A stretch of DNA of 64,000 nt, taken from the NCBI RefSeq assembly GCF_965641715.1, contig NZ_OZ282453.1; one strand, written 5' to 3'. A model generated the notes under the pieces. The model was not told the origin of the DNA. It ran no database searches and saw only the letters and a list, made by a program, of their open reading frames with translations. The translations under genes and the position numbers were made by a program. The stretch comes from Escherichia coli. Lineage in GTDB: Bacteria > Pseudomonadota > Gammaproteobacteria > Enterobacterales > Enterobacteriaceae. Shown here one piece after another: positions 44,745-53,673 of this stretch; position 1 is the first letter of the stretch; every line of letters begins with the position of its first letter.

Positions 44745-46041
44745 CTTTTTCACCTTTAATTTCCACCGTCTGCTTCCATGCCTGGCTGAACTCGTCACCA
44801 CCTTCACGCGGCGGCATCCCCTCACGTTCGCGGGCTTCGTTCGGATTCATGATCCCGTTCTTAATCCCTTTCTCATACGTGGCGTAACGCTCGGTTGGAG
44901 TAGCGCGCAGTAAATCGGCTGAATCAAACTCAACCAGATAACGGGTACCAGGTATGGGAGAAGCCACCAGCAAAGCGGCCTTAATTTGCTGTTCGAAGTT
45001 CGCCAGCCATGGGCGCATTGTCATGGTCAGAAACGCGCGGCTTGCCTCACTGAAATTGCTGTAGGTGCTGTTGCTGTATTCCTGAAGAAAAATCGGCGAC
45101 ACGTTGAACATCCGGGCGATGTCTTCAATGGAGAAGCGACGGGAGGCCAGCCATTCTGCATCCTGGTTACTCATCCCCAGTTGCTTGTAATCCATACCCC
45201 CTTCAAGGATTGGCGTTTTTCCGGCATTTTTCGCCCCCTTGTAGCGTTCCAGGGCGTCTAATGCCTGTTTACCTTTCACGCCGTCCAGCCATTCGCCTGA
45301 CGTGATAATCCCTGCCGCCATCATGCCATCTTTCATAATGCTGGCTCCGTGACGCTGTTGAGCAAGGCCAAGCCCCAGCGCCTCACGGCAAATCGTGACA
45401 GGGGAGCGCCCCAGAAAGCCATCATCCGAGGCATAGCGGAGATGCAGAACTTCTTCCTGCAAATACGTGCGCACCGTTCCTGTATAGGGTTCGGTGATGG
45501 TATAGCGGTATTTGTGTGCGCCAGTGCGTTCCGGTACAACACACCCCGGCGCATAAGGATGAAGTGATTTTGGCTGACCGTCCCGCCCCCACTCAATAAC
45601 CGCATAGGCGTTACCGTTCAGCAGGCAGTGACGCATCATTGTGCGTTTAAACTGGTAAGGTGTCTGGCACGAATTAGGCTGCTCATTCAGCAGAATATCG
45701 ACCGGGTGACTGTCCAGCCATTCCCGCGCCTCCCTGCCCTTGTCATTGCGTACCAGATACAGATAACACGGCATCGTGGCCACCGCCTCAGCGATGACAG
45801 AAACCGCGTTCATCACAGCAGGCAATGATTCAGCCGTCCCGGCAGAAACATATTCTCCGGATCCGGTATTCGGTACGCCGGACAGCGCCAGAAAATCATC
45901 AATGGACAGGTTACGCAGATCGCTTTTTTTACGACTAAAAGGCCACCACATATCACAACCCCGCCAGTTCAGCCCAGCGATGACGATTATTTCCTGTCGG
46001 GCGTAATTCAGGGTGCTGTGCAAACAACGAACGGTGGGCAA
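44737..46041 (-). CDS. Portal protein, HK97 family (satellite copy)
   Basis: 434-aa ORF; FSIEDIARMFNVSPIFL region; true start may be MWWPF near 45951. Confidence 0.85.
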   Translation of the reverse strand: MPTVRCLHSTLNYARQEIIVIAGLNWRGCDMWWPFSRKKSDLRNLSIDDFLALSGVPNTGSGEYVSAGTAESLPAVMNAVSVIAEAVATMPCYLYLVRNDKGREAREWLDSHPVDILLNEQPNSCQTPYQFKRTMMRHCLLNGNAYAVIEWGRDGQPKSLHPYAPGCVVPERTGAHKYRYTITEPYTGTVRTYLQEEVLHLRYASDDGFLGRSPVTICREALGLGLAQQRHGASIMKDGMMAAGIITSGEWLDGVKGKQALDALERYKGAKNAGKTPILEGGMDYKQLGMSNQDAEWLASRRFSIEDIARMFNVSPIFLQEYSNSTYSNFSEASRAFLTMTMRPWLANFEQQIKAALLVASPIPGTRYLVEFDSADLLRATPTERYATYEKGIKNGIMNPNEAREREGMPPREGGDEFSQAWKQTVEIKGEKDE

Positions 46042-46513
46042 TCTCCACGCCGGATTCGGGATAAGCAGGCATCGACGTTATCGTGATTTCACGGAGTTCT
46101 GCGGCGGTAACAGTGCGCAGATACGGTTTTTGCGCGATATTCCACTCTTCGCATAATGCGCGAAAGCCAAAGCTCATTCCTGTAATGTCGCCACGCTCCA
46201 CCAGCGTAAGCACATCTTTTCCAAGCTGGGTATCAGGCGGTGTCAGTTCAAAACGTAGCCCGGTGTTGTCCTCAGTCAGTACCAGTGTTCCGGATTTGGT
46301 GCGCCCCAGCAGTCGGGTATAGTCATGCTCATACAGGCAGCGCACATCATTACCCGCCGCCAGATAGTCAGCAAAAGCCCCCGGCGTGAACTGTTCGCGG
46401 AATTCGTCCCAGATAATTTCTGAAAGGCTGTTCCAGCGAACGGCATACCCCACCAGCTTTTTATTGCTGGCGGTCAGTTCAGATGTGCGGATTTCAAAAT
46501 CGGTGTTTTTCAT
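45953..46513 (-). CDS. Prohead protease, HK97 family (satellite copy)
   Basis: 186 aa; VGYAVRWNSLSE...FTPGAF motif region. Confidence 0.85.
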   Translation of the reverse strand: MKNTDFEIRTSELTASNKKLVGYAVRWNSLSEIIWDEFREQFTPGAFADYLAAGNDVRCLYEHDYTRLLGRTKSGTLVLTEDNTGLRFELTPPDTQLGKDVLTLVERGDITGMSFGFRALCEEWNIAQKPYLRTVTAAELREITITSMPAYPESGVEIAHRSLFAQHPELRPTGNNRHRWAELAGL

Positions 46514-46567
46514 CGGTGTACTCCATAAAGCTGAAAAAGGAGGCCGCAGCCTCCTCCTTACTCATGA

Positions 46568-47737
46568 CTAGCCAGCTTTCATTTCCAGAATTTTGATGGC
46601 GTTTGAATCCACCACACCACCGCCCAGATATTTATCCGTGTGGACCTTGTAGAATCCGGGCTCAGTAATGTTGTCCGGTCGGGTGCGAATCCCTGTTACA
46701 TGATCAACGATGAAATAACCACGACTGAAATCGCCAACCGCTAGCGGTGCTTTTCCTGCGCCGATGTCCGGCATGGACTCCAGGCAGAAAACAGGACGAC
46801 CAAGCAACATATCCGGCGCACCTTCTTTAAGGCTGTCGCGCCAGATATAATCGCCATTCTCATTTTTCAGCTTCTGTAGTGTCCCTGCCGTGCCCGAGTT
46901 CATCACCCAGACGGCATTTTTGCGGTATTTCGCTTTCAGCTTGTAGAGAATGTCGATCAGTTCGTCCGCTGTAATGGCGGTTCCACTTGCCGCTACCACT
47001 TTTTCAATGGTGCCAAAAGCGCGGGTTTTGTCACTGGTCGCCGCACGGGTGTAAGCCATGAAGCCTTTCGGCTTGCCGTTACCGTCGCCATTAACAAAAT
47101 CATCCTCTTCGGTGCTGGCGAACGTGTCGGCAATTTCGGAGGATAACCAGCCCAGAATATCCACCTCTGAAAAATCCAGGATTTCCTGCGTGGTTTTCGG
47201 GTAGGCGTAGATCGGATTCAGCTTGATGGTTACACGTTCAATTTTCGGGGTGTTGGTTTCACTACGTGCGCAGCCTTCTGTGCCTCGTCCTACAGTTGCG
47301 CCGCCAGTGGAAACCAGTTTCTGAAACTCATTTGATTTTGCGGTCTTCACGGTCGCGATCACGCGCATAACACTGTCATCCTGTAGCTGGCGCATGACTT
47401 CGCGATCAAGCTCAGGAATTACGGTATATCCGCCATCCCTGCCGCTGTCAGTGCTGGTGGACAGTGATCGCACATCTCCGGTTACGATGTAGTTACGCAA
47501 TTCATCAGATGATAATTTCTGGATGCCCGTTCCTGGCTTGCTGCGTTCTTCATCAGCCACAGACTCGAGGCGGTAAATTTCTGTGTCGAGGGAATCGGCT
47601 TTTGCACGCAGTTCATCAAACTGTTTGCCCTCGTCATCGTTCAGGCTGCGGTTTTCACTGTCGGCTTTTTCCAGCAGGGATCGCATCTGGTTTTTCAGGG
47701 CGGTTTTTTGCTGGCGGAGTTCGATTAATTTCTTCAT
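46568..47737 (-). CDS. Major capsid protein, HK97 family (satellite copy)
   Basis: 389 aa; coiled-coil delta domain; GDGNGKPKGF motif; diverged from prophage copy. Confidence 0.9.
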   Translation of the reverse strand: MKKLIELRQQKTALKNQMRSLLEKADSENRSLNDDEGKQFDELRAKADSLDTEIYRLESVADEERSKPGTGIQKLSSDELRNYIVTGDVRSLSTSTDSGRDGGYTVIPELDREVMRQLQDDSVMRVIATVKTAKSNEFQKLVSTGGATVGRGTEGCARSETNTPKIERVTIKLNPIYAYPKTTQEILDFSEVDILGWLSSEIADTFASTEEDDFVNGDGNGKPKGFMAYTRAATSDKTRAFGTIEKVVAASGTAITADELIDILYKLKAKYRKNAVWVMNSGTAGTLQKLKNENGDYIWRDSLKEGAPDMLLGRPVFCLESMPDIGAGKAPLAVGDFSRGYFIVDHVTGIRTRPDNITEPGFYKVHTDKYLGGGVVDSNAIKILEMKAG

Positions 47738-47973
47738 GAAGGTTTTCTCGTATTGGTTAAGATTCAGGACGTGAAACCAACACGGAGGGAGCGCCGCCCG
47801 ACACTCTCGGCATCTCGCAGATCAACCCGGCATCGCGCAGGGGGTCAGGCGGCATTGTGGCGGCTCACGTCTGAGTGCCACACGCCAACATATACATAAA
47901 AATCAGTATGTAAACATCAGCCAGAATCACCGAACAACCTGGAACAACCACGAACAAATAATTTACAAAACCT

Positions 47974-48000
47974 GAAAAAAAGACCTGGAGAAAATCCAGG
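47974..48000 (-). terminator. Rho-independent terminator separating the satellite replication block from its capsid operon
   Basis: Hairpin CCTGGA-gaaaa-TCCAGG followed on the minus strand by TCTTTTTTT; lies between the 82-aa ORF and the capsid gene. Confidence 0.5.
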
Positions 48001-48011
48001 CCTTTATCGCT

Positions 48012-48260
48012 TTATTGTTTCACTGGATCCCGCATTCTGCGTCTTATTTTCCACAGATATTCGATCATCGCTTCCACCTGCTCACGATTGGTTGCGAAAA
48101 TTTCCCCGGTCAGTGAGCTGCGCAGAAAATCATGATGATCCACAACAAACAACGCATCGGAAGAAAGCAGACGGCGATATTTTTTTGCTGTCGTGGTTTC
48201 CAGATCATCAAAACCATGAAACTTTTTATGTTGCTGGACTTCTTCAAATGTCACTGGCAT
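48012..48260 (-). CDS. Hypothetical small protein
   Basis: 82-aa ORF MPVTFEEVQQHKKFHGFDDLETT... Confidence 0.4.
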   Translation of the reverse strand: MPVTFEEVQQHKKFHGFDDLETTTAKKYRRLLSSDALFVVDHHDFLRSSLTGEIFATNREQVEAMIEYLWKIRRRMRDPVKQ

Positions 48261-48793
48261 GTATCCCCCTTTGCCGCCCGGCGCTGGCGCTTGTGCTTCT
48301 CATTCAGCGCCATCAGCCGCGTTTCTGCCTCCTGCTGTTCCTGTGGTGTCACTTCCCCACATGGCTGGCCTTTCAGGTCGTATCGTACCCCACCAGCAAC
48401 CAGGGCGCGGTAATAGCGCGGAGACTGCGCATAAGATGCCAGCGTCGCACGTAATGCCCCCGGCCCGAATGCCAGCCCCCTGACGGCGAGATCCTGCATC
48501 AGGTCGTCGAATATCCCCACCTTAAGCGGCTTCGGTGCTTCCCTGTTGAATAAGTCAGGCCACATCTCAGTGAGGCGGTTAACGCGCCTGCGGTTTTTGC
48601 GCTGGCGTTTGGTCATATGCCGCCACGGTGTCACCCCTGTGGGCTGCCCTTTGCGGCTCTGCTGTGCGTTCTGATTGCCGGGTATCACTTTATGCGCCGA
48701 TGTGGTTTTATCCCGCTCTTGCGCCGCCTGCGTCGTTTTCTGCGGCGTGCCGTAAATGCCTTTCGGTTTTCGGTTAATGGTCAGCTTTGTCAT
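48251..48793 (-). CDS. FinO/ProQ-domain RNA-binding protein (putative)
   Basis: 180 aa; PLKVGIFDDLMQDL...RATLASYAQSPRYYRALVAGGVRYDLKGQPCGEVT matches the ProQ/FinO N-domain pattern from memory. Confidence 0.55.
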   Translation of the reverse strand: MTKLTINRKPKGIYGTPQKTTQAAQERDKTTSAHKVIPGNQNAQQSRKGQPTGVTPWRHMTKRQRKNRRRVNRLTEMWPDLFNREAPKPLKVGIFDDLMQDLAVRGLAFGPGALRATLASYAQSPRYYRALVAGGVRYDLKGQPCGEVTPQEQQEAETRLMALNEKHKRQRRAAKGDTCQ

Positions 48794-48957
48794 GCCTTCC
48801 CCTGTAATTACTCTGTTCGCTGTTGTGAATTAAAACGGTATGTTATCCCCGTACAGGTCATCGTGCTGGCCTGTCTGTTGTTTTGCCCTGTTCAGTGCGT
48901 CAGTGGCCTGCCCCTGTTGGCCTTTTTTGCCGCCCGGTCGCGCCGTTCTCGCACTGA

Positions 48958-49254
48958 TTACGCTGTCTGCGATGACCTGCCAGCCCTGCCGCGTTTCGCC
49001 GTTCTGCCCTGTCCACTGCTTACCTGCATGTTACCCGCCACGCTCACCAGTTCGCCTTTGCGGTGTTTTGCCAGTGCGTCGGCCTGTCTGCCAAACGCCA
49101 GGACGGATAACCACATCGTCGCCGTTCCGTCATCTGCCTGGCTGCATGGCAGGGGAACCGCCATACTCGCCATCGCCATTTGTGTTCCCTTGCTGGTGGT
49201 CTTTAACTGCGGGTCAGCCACCAGCCGCCCGTAAGCCGCTATCTGTGCTGTCAT
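48958..49254 (-). CDS. SSB-like OB-fold protein (short)
   Basis: 98 aa; GRLVADPQLKTTSKGTQMAMASMAV...WLSVLAFGRQADALAKHRKGELVSVAGNMQ follows the SSB OB-fold pattern. Confidence 0.4.
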   Translation of the reverse strand: MTAQIAAYGRLVADPQLKTTSKGTQMAMASMAVPLPCSQADDGTATMWLSVLAFGRQADALAKHRKGELVSVAGNMQVSSGQGRTAKRGRAGRSSQTA

Positions 49255-49317
49255 GCTGTCTGCTCTCCGGTTTTAACGTTGATGGTTACGCTTGTTTACA
49301 CCCTTACGGTGAAATTC

Positions 49318-49442
49318 TGCGGGTTATAATCGCACTTTTGCGGGTTATAACTGCCGTTTTGCGGGTTACGTGCGGGTTATTGATTTCCTTTTTATTCATA
49401 CAGTTAATGCACTTATATACATGATAACCCGCATAACCCGCA
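49318..49442. repeat. Iteron cluster A (candidate satellite replication origin): four direct TGCGGGTTAT-like copies, an AT-rich spacer, two inverted copies
   Basis: Direct copies at 49318, 49339, 49359, 49371; inverted ATAACCCGCATAACCCGCAA at 49423-49442; immediately 3' of the primase gene. Confidence 0.65.
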
Positions 49443-49464
49443 ACTTTTCACCTCACACAGGGGG

Positions 49465-51588
49465 TTAATCTTCTGCCTCAGGCTGGAACATCAGCACGTA
49501 AAAAACATGCTGCTTCCCCCCAATTTTGCCGAGCGCCTTTTTCTTGTAACGGCGATCGTTACCCGCTTCCAGCATTCCGGCAGCACTCAACGCGCGGGCA
49601 AAGTGAGACGGATTAAATCCCTGTGCTATCTCACCCTCAAATACATGCGGGAACGTGTAAAAACGGAACTCGTCATCTTCGTTTCTGATACTCCCCTTTC
49701 TGTATCCGGCAAGTTCTTTAATCGATAAATCACGCTCGTCGGTATTGGGCCACGGAAGGTATCTGCTGAATCCGAACGACGCTAAAAAAGCTTCTGCCTG
49801 TTCAACCATCTGTTTAAATTCCCTGTTACCCGTGCCGAACTCCTTCACCCAGGCATTAAAATTATGCTGTATGGCATCGCGGCATTCCTGCTCATCCCAG
49901 CCAGTAACATGACCTGAAAGCACAAGCGCGGCCTCCAGTATGGCAAATCGCTCCCCCACACGGTGAACCTGTTCGCCGTAGCTCTCCGGTATCAGGTTGC
50001 GCCACCGCTCACGGCATGTCCTTACCGTGTCCTTTGCCTCCTGCTGGTGTTCTGCCAGCCATTTAACCCACTCACGACCCGCCGCCCCGTGATTTTCTGT
50101 CCAGGCATCCTTTAACGCGTCTGCGTGCGCCTTTCCGGTGCTGTATTCGTGAAATTGCGTGGCTTTTTCCATCGGAACGTTAAGCAGGCGGACAAGCTGC
50201 CCCGCTTTGACTTTTATCCCCTCCGTTTTGAGGAATGTCTCAACGTCCATTTCTCCGGTGCTGATTGCCACCGTGCGCCAGTGTTTGATCTCCCTGTTGC
50301 CGCCGTCCTTCGCCCCCTGTAATTTCCCCGAACCGTTAAACAGCGTATAGGCTGACGTGGACACCTCCCGCGCGTTTCCGGCCTGGCCTATTTCATCCAG
50401 GGGTAAAAGCCCGTCATTGTGTGCCTCTGCTTCGTTGGCGATACCTAACGCTGTGCCGTACCAGGTCAGCCGCTGCGCGTCCGGCTCTCCCCATAAACTT
50501 GATGCGATGTTCTGTGTGGTGGTTTTCCCTGCCGATGACTGTTCGAAAAGATGTACCCCGAAGCCGTCAGCGCCCACCAGCCCGATTAATGGTGCGGATA
50601 ACGATACCGCCACACCCAGCATCATGGACGGATTACCACCAGCCAGCCGCGCAACGGTATCGCGCCAGCCCTCCGCCGTTCCTGCCACGGAATAGCCATT
50701 AACAGCAGCCGTTTTTCCGGTAAACAGGACTGGCTTTTCGCAATCACCAATGACCGAACCGTCCGGCATGATGTACGCGCCAAAATGCCAGCCCGTTGTT
50801 GTGCTTAACTGCCATTCCTCATGGCTTCCGCTTAACTGCATCCAGTCAGCCAGGATAGCCCTGTATTTACCGTTGGTTGTTACGTTCAGTCCGTGGTCTT
50901 TCAGCAACCGCCAGCCGTCACGGTCGCCAATGCCACCGCACGGAACCGCCATTGTGATGACTTCATGGTTTGCTAATTTTTTCCAGCGCATCACGCGGTA
51001 ATGCTCTTTACCGATTGTCCCCGTTCCCAGTAGTTCAAGCGGGGAACATAACCACGTCTCAGGCCGGATAATTTCGCCTGACTGCTTATCCACTTTTGGC
51101 GTTACCCAGAAAACACCATCGGCGCGACTTTCAACGCGGGGCTTTAATTCATCATCGCCCTGGATTTCTGTGATTTTTTTCTTTAAGGGCAACACCAGAC
51201 TTTCCCCGCGCTCGTATTCGTCTTTGAGGCGAGGCAACTGGTCGGATAAATCCGCCGGGCTGATGTCAGTTATCCCCGCGTATTCGTATACGGTCTTCAC
51301 GCCAGCCACAGCCAGCAACGTGACGATCTGTGTAAGGCTACGTTCAGTGATGTGCCCTGCGCGGTAAACACGCACACACTGACGGCTATCATCAATAATT
51401 TGATAACCGGTAATATCTTTCAGGTGTTCATCTGACAGAACGACAGGCGGCACATTGTCGGCGGCAATATGCTTACCTGCCCATTCCTGCCACTCTTTCG
51501 CATGGCTCCACGCATCACTACCCGCAAAGATGATAACCTCCGTCATTTTGTCGGCTGGCTGGTGCTTTAAGTTTGGTGCGCGCTTCAT
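49465..51588 (-). CDS. Replication primase/helicase with P-loop NTPase
   Basis: 707 aa; Walker A-like SSAGKTT; largest non-structural gene; adjacent to iterons. Confidence 0.75.
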   Translation of the reverse strand: MKRAPNLKHQPADKMTEVIIFAGSDAWSHAKEWQEWAGKHIAADNVPPVVLSDEHLKDITGYQIIDDSRQCVRVYRAGHITERSLTQIVTLLAVAGVKTVYEYAGITDISPADLSDQLPRLKDEYERGESLVLPLKKKITEIQGDDELKPRVESRADGVFWVTPKVDKQSGEIIRPETWLCSPLELLGTGTIGKEHYRVMRWKKLANHEVITMAVPCGGIGDRDGWRLLKDHGLNVTTNGKYRAILADWMQLSGSHEEWQLSTTTGWHFGAYIMPDGSVIGDCEKPVLFTGKTAAVNGYSVAGTAEGWRDTVARLAGGNPSMMLGVAVSLSAPLIGLVGADGFGVHLFEQSSAGKTTTQNIASSLWGEPDAQRLTWYGTALGIANEAEAHNDGLLPLDEIGQAGNAREVSTSAYTLFNGSGKLQGAKDGGNREIKHWRTVAISTGEMDVETFLKTEGIKVKAGQLVRLLNVPMEKATQFHEYSTGKAHADALKDAWTENHGAAGREWVKWLAEHQQEAKDTVRTCRERWRNLIPESYGEQVHRVGERFAILEAALVLSGHVTGWDEQECRDAIQHNFNAWVKEFGTGNREFKQMVEQAEAFLASFGFSRYLPWPNTDERDLSIKELAGYRKGSIRNEDDEFRFYTFPHVFEGEIAQGFNPSHFARALSAAGMLEAGNDRRYKKKALGKIGGKQHVFYVLMFQPEAED

Positions 51589-51899
51589 TTTGCCTTTCCC
51601 CGTTCACGAATAATTTCACGTACTGCCTTAATGCGTTCCATTCCTGTAACGCGCATGATTCTGTCGATGTCGCTTAATTCTGCTGGTGGTGCTTTACTTA
51701 CCAAGGTGAACTCCCTGTCAAAGCGCATATGTGACGACACGCAGGGATGCGCATAACCTTCGCGGATATAGGTCACACGAAAATCATCGACGGTTTTGAT
51801 CGTTATCGTGCTGCCGTATTTATCCTGGAAAATATCGCCGGGGCGGATTTCAGGCCGAGCGGGGCCGCTGGCAGTAAAGCCAGAATTTTTCTTTTTCAT
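51585..51899 (-). CDS. Hypothetical protein
   Basis: 104-aa ORF directly upstream of and overlapping the primase start. Confidence 0.45.
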   Translation of the reverse strand: MKKKNSGFTASGPARPEIRPGDIFQDKYGSTITIKTVDDFRVTYIREGYAHPCVSSHMRFDREFTLVSKAPPAELSDIDRIMRVTGMERIKAVREIIRERGKAK

Positions 51900-51904
51900 G
51901 TTTT

Positions 51905-52153
51905 TTACTCCAGAGGCAGCTTTTTAGCGGCGAGCTCAATATCAGATGTCAGAGAAACCTGTGTATTTGCCAGGTCTAACAACAAAGAAATAAGAATTTC
52001 TTCTCTGCTATCGGATTTATCGGTGCTAAGGCTGTTCATCCACATATTGACGACTTCCCTGATTTTTTTCGCAGAGTGCAGGGCTTCAAATGCCAGGTCT
52101 TCAATATCATGTTTATTTCGCATAATCGCCCCCGCCATTTTCACAATCAGCAA
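51905..52153 (-). CDS. Hypothetical small protein
   Basis: 82-aa ORF. Confidence 0.35.
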   Translation of the reverse strand: MLIVKMAGAIMRNKHDIEDLAFEALHSAKKIREVVNMWMNSLSTDKSDSREEILISLLLDLANTQVSLTSDIELAAKKLPLE

Positions 52154-52358
52154 TCAGGATGGCTTTTGCCTCATTCAGCGCCATATCAGCACTAAATTGC
52201 ATAACAGCCAGTGAGTGAGGAACGAAAGCCCCGGCATATTCTGTTTCGCTGGTGGCGTGCTTATGCGCCTTGTCTGCGATAACAGAAATATCAATCAGCG
52301 CGTGCATCAGCGTTTTGATGGCTTCGGCGGCTGCGTCCGGACGGGTGTTATTGCACAT
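52113..52358 (-). CDS. Hypothetical small protein
   Basis: 81-aa ORF. Confidence 0.35.
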   Translation of the reverse strand: MCNNTRPDAAAEAIKTLMHALIDISVIADKAHKHATSETEYAGAFVPHSLAVMQFSADMALNEAKAILIADCENGGGDYAK

Positions 52359-52554
52359 GGCGCACCTCCTGACGAATACGGGCAGCGAATACCATCACGC
52401 AGCCAGCCGGGGATTGCTGGCGTGCTTCCTGTTCGCTAGTGGCCTCAATGGTAATCACACGCGGTTGTGCCGTGCTCAGGGCGATAAAACGCCAGATGTA
52501 TTTATTCAGGTTGTGCGAGTCCCGCCCTTGCGGGTGTGTGGTATGATTTAACAT
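52348..52554 (-). CDS. Small Icd-like protein (putative host cell division inhibitor family)
   Basis: ATG at 52554 with GAGGT ribosome-binding site 7 nt upstream; 68 aa ending ...SEQEARQQ...FAARIRQEVRHVQ; family assignment is from memory. Confidence 0.45.
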   Translation of the reverse strand: MLNHTTHPQGRDSHNLNKYIWRFIALSTAQPRVITIEATSEQEARQQSPAGCVMVFAARIRQEVRHVQ

Positions 52555-52750
52555 AGCTACCTCGATAATCTTGCTATCGTTGGTGGTTAGAAGCCCGGTT
52601 AGTGTTAGCGCACTGCCGGGTTTCGTCGTTTGTATTTCAATAAAACCATTGGTGTGTTTCATGTTATTTTGGAGTGAAACACACGTCAAGCCTTTTTTGT
52701 ATTTCTTTTTTGTGTATACTGAAACACACCAAATTTGAGGAGTTTCAGTT

Positions 52751-53056
52751 ATGGCGACTACCAACAAAAACGCTAAATCACAATTGACCACCGTCAGAGT
52801 CCCCCACGATGTTATGGAGGGCATGGAATCCGTAAAACTGGACGGCGAAAGCAACGCCGGATTCATAGTAACCGCCATGCGCGGTGAGATCGCCCGCCGC
52901 CAGGCAGAAGGAAGCGGAGAAAATCCCCTGGTTTCTTCGCTCGATGCACTGGCGCAGGTGGAAAAAATTGGAGTCAAGGCTGCCGAGGAGATCGGGCAAC
53001 TCGTCACCGTCGCGCGTGAAGAACTCCAGCGACGCAAGGTCAAAGAGCAGGAATAG
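52751..53056 (+). CDS. Putative transcriptional regulator, divergently transcribed
   Basis: ATG at 52751 with GAGGA ribosome-binding site 9 nt upstream; 101 aa; only confident plus-strand gene in the satellite. Confidence 0.55.
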   Translation: MATTNKNAKSQLTTVRVPHDVMEGMESVKLDGESNAGFIVTAMRGEIARRQAEGSGENPLVSSLDALAQVEKIGVKAAEEIGQLVTVAREELQRRKVKEQE

Positions 53057-53113
53057 CCACTATCAGCGCCATAGTTTGAGGAACGCAGGCGCATTGCTTT
53101 ACAGGACAGCACC

Positions 53114-53293
53114 ATGAGCGACACAGAATCAACCAAAACACCATCACCAACTCGTAAGAGACGACGCAAAAATATAGCGCATGAACATGAATCAGAAAGA
53201 TTCGCACCTTGTTCGTTTGCTCTTGAGAAATTCCTTAAAGAGCACAGGAAAAAGCTCTCGTTGCAAACCTTGGAACGAACCAAATCTGACTGA
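53114..53293 (+). CDS. Small basic protein (possible)
   Basis: 59-aa ORF MSDTESTKTPSPTRKRRRKN... below the ORF-track cutoff; followed by terminators. Confidence 0.3.
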   Translation: MSDTESTKTPSPTRKRRRKNIAHEHESERFAPCSFALEKFLKEHRKKLSLQTLERTKSD

Positions 53294-53358
53294 TCACATT
53301 GCCCACCAGCCGCAAATGTGGCATTGTTGGTGATGCTTTTGTTTTCCCTTGTTCCCAC

Positions 53359-53388
53359 TGGCGACCCTTTTGCGGTCGCCTTTGTTTT
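53359..53388 (+). terminator. Rho-independent terminator of the plus-strand cassette
   Basis: Hairpin GGCGACC-cttttgc-GGTCGCC followed by TTTGTTTTG; a second hairpin plus T-run at about 53484-53515. Confidence 0.45.
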
Positions 53389-53673
53389 GCCTGTTATCCG
53401 GCAATAGTGGCGCTTCGTCACCTGTCTGATATAATTCCACAGCTTATATTCATTTTTTGCGCAGTAGGTTAATTGTTCGCAAGGGCGCTCCGGCAACGGG
53501 GCGCTTTTTGTTTTTACCCACCAGCACAATAAAAATCTTCATTTTCCATTTTTGTAAAATTTCATGCTTTCCGGACGACTGGTCATATGTCATTTTTTAG
53601 CAGAAGATTTTGCCTTGCTGGTGGGTAGCTTCCCGGTCAACACGATGTACCGTATAATCAACACCGCGTGTGG

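Noticed and set aside
52348-53529. 393-aa minus-strand ORF, the longest unexplained ORF in the satellite
   Set aside because: Only its last 68 codons (52554-52348) have a start codon with a ribosome-binding site and look like a real small protein. The rest runs through a divergent promoter region, is antisense to a well-supported plus-strand gene (52751-53056) and crosses two plus-strand terminators.
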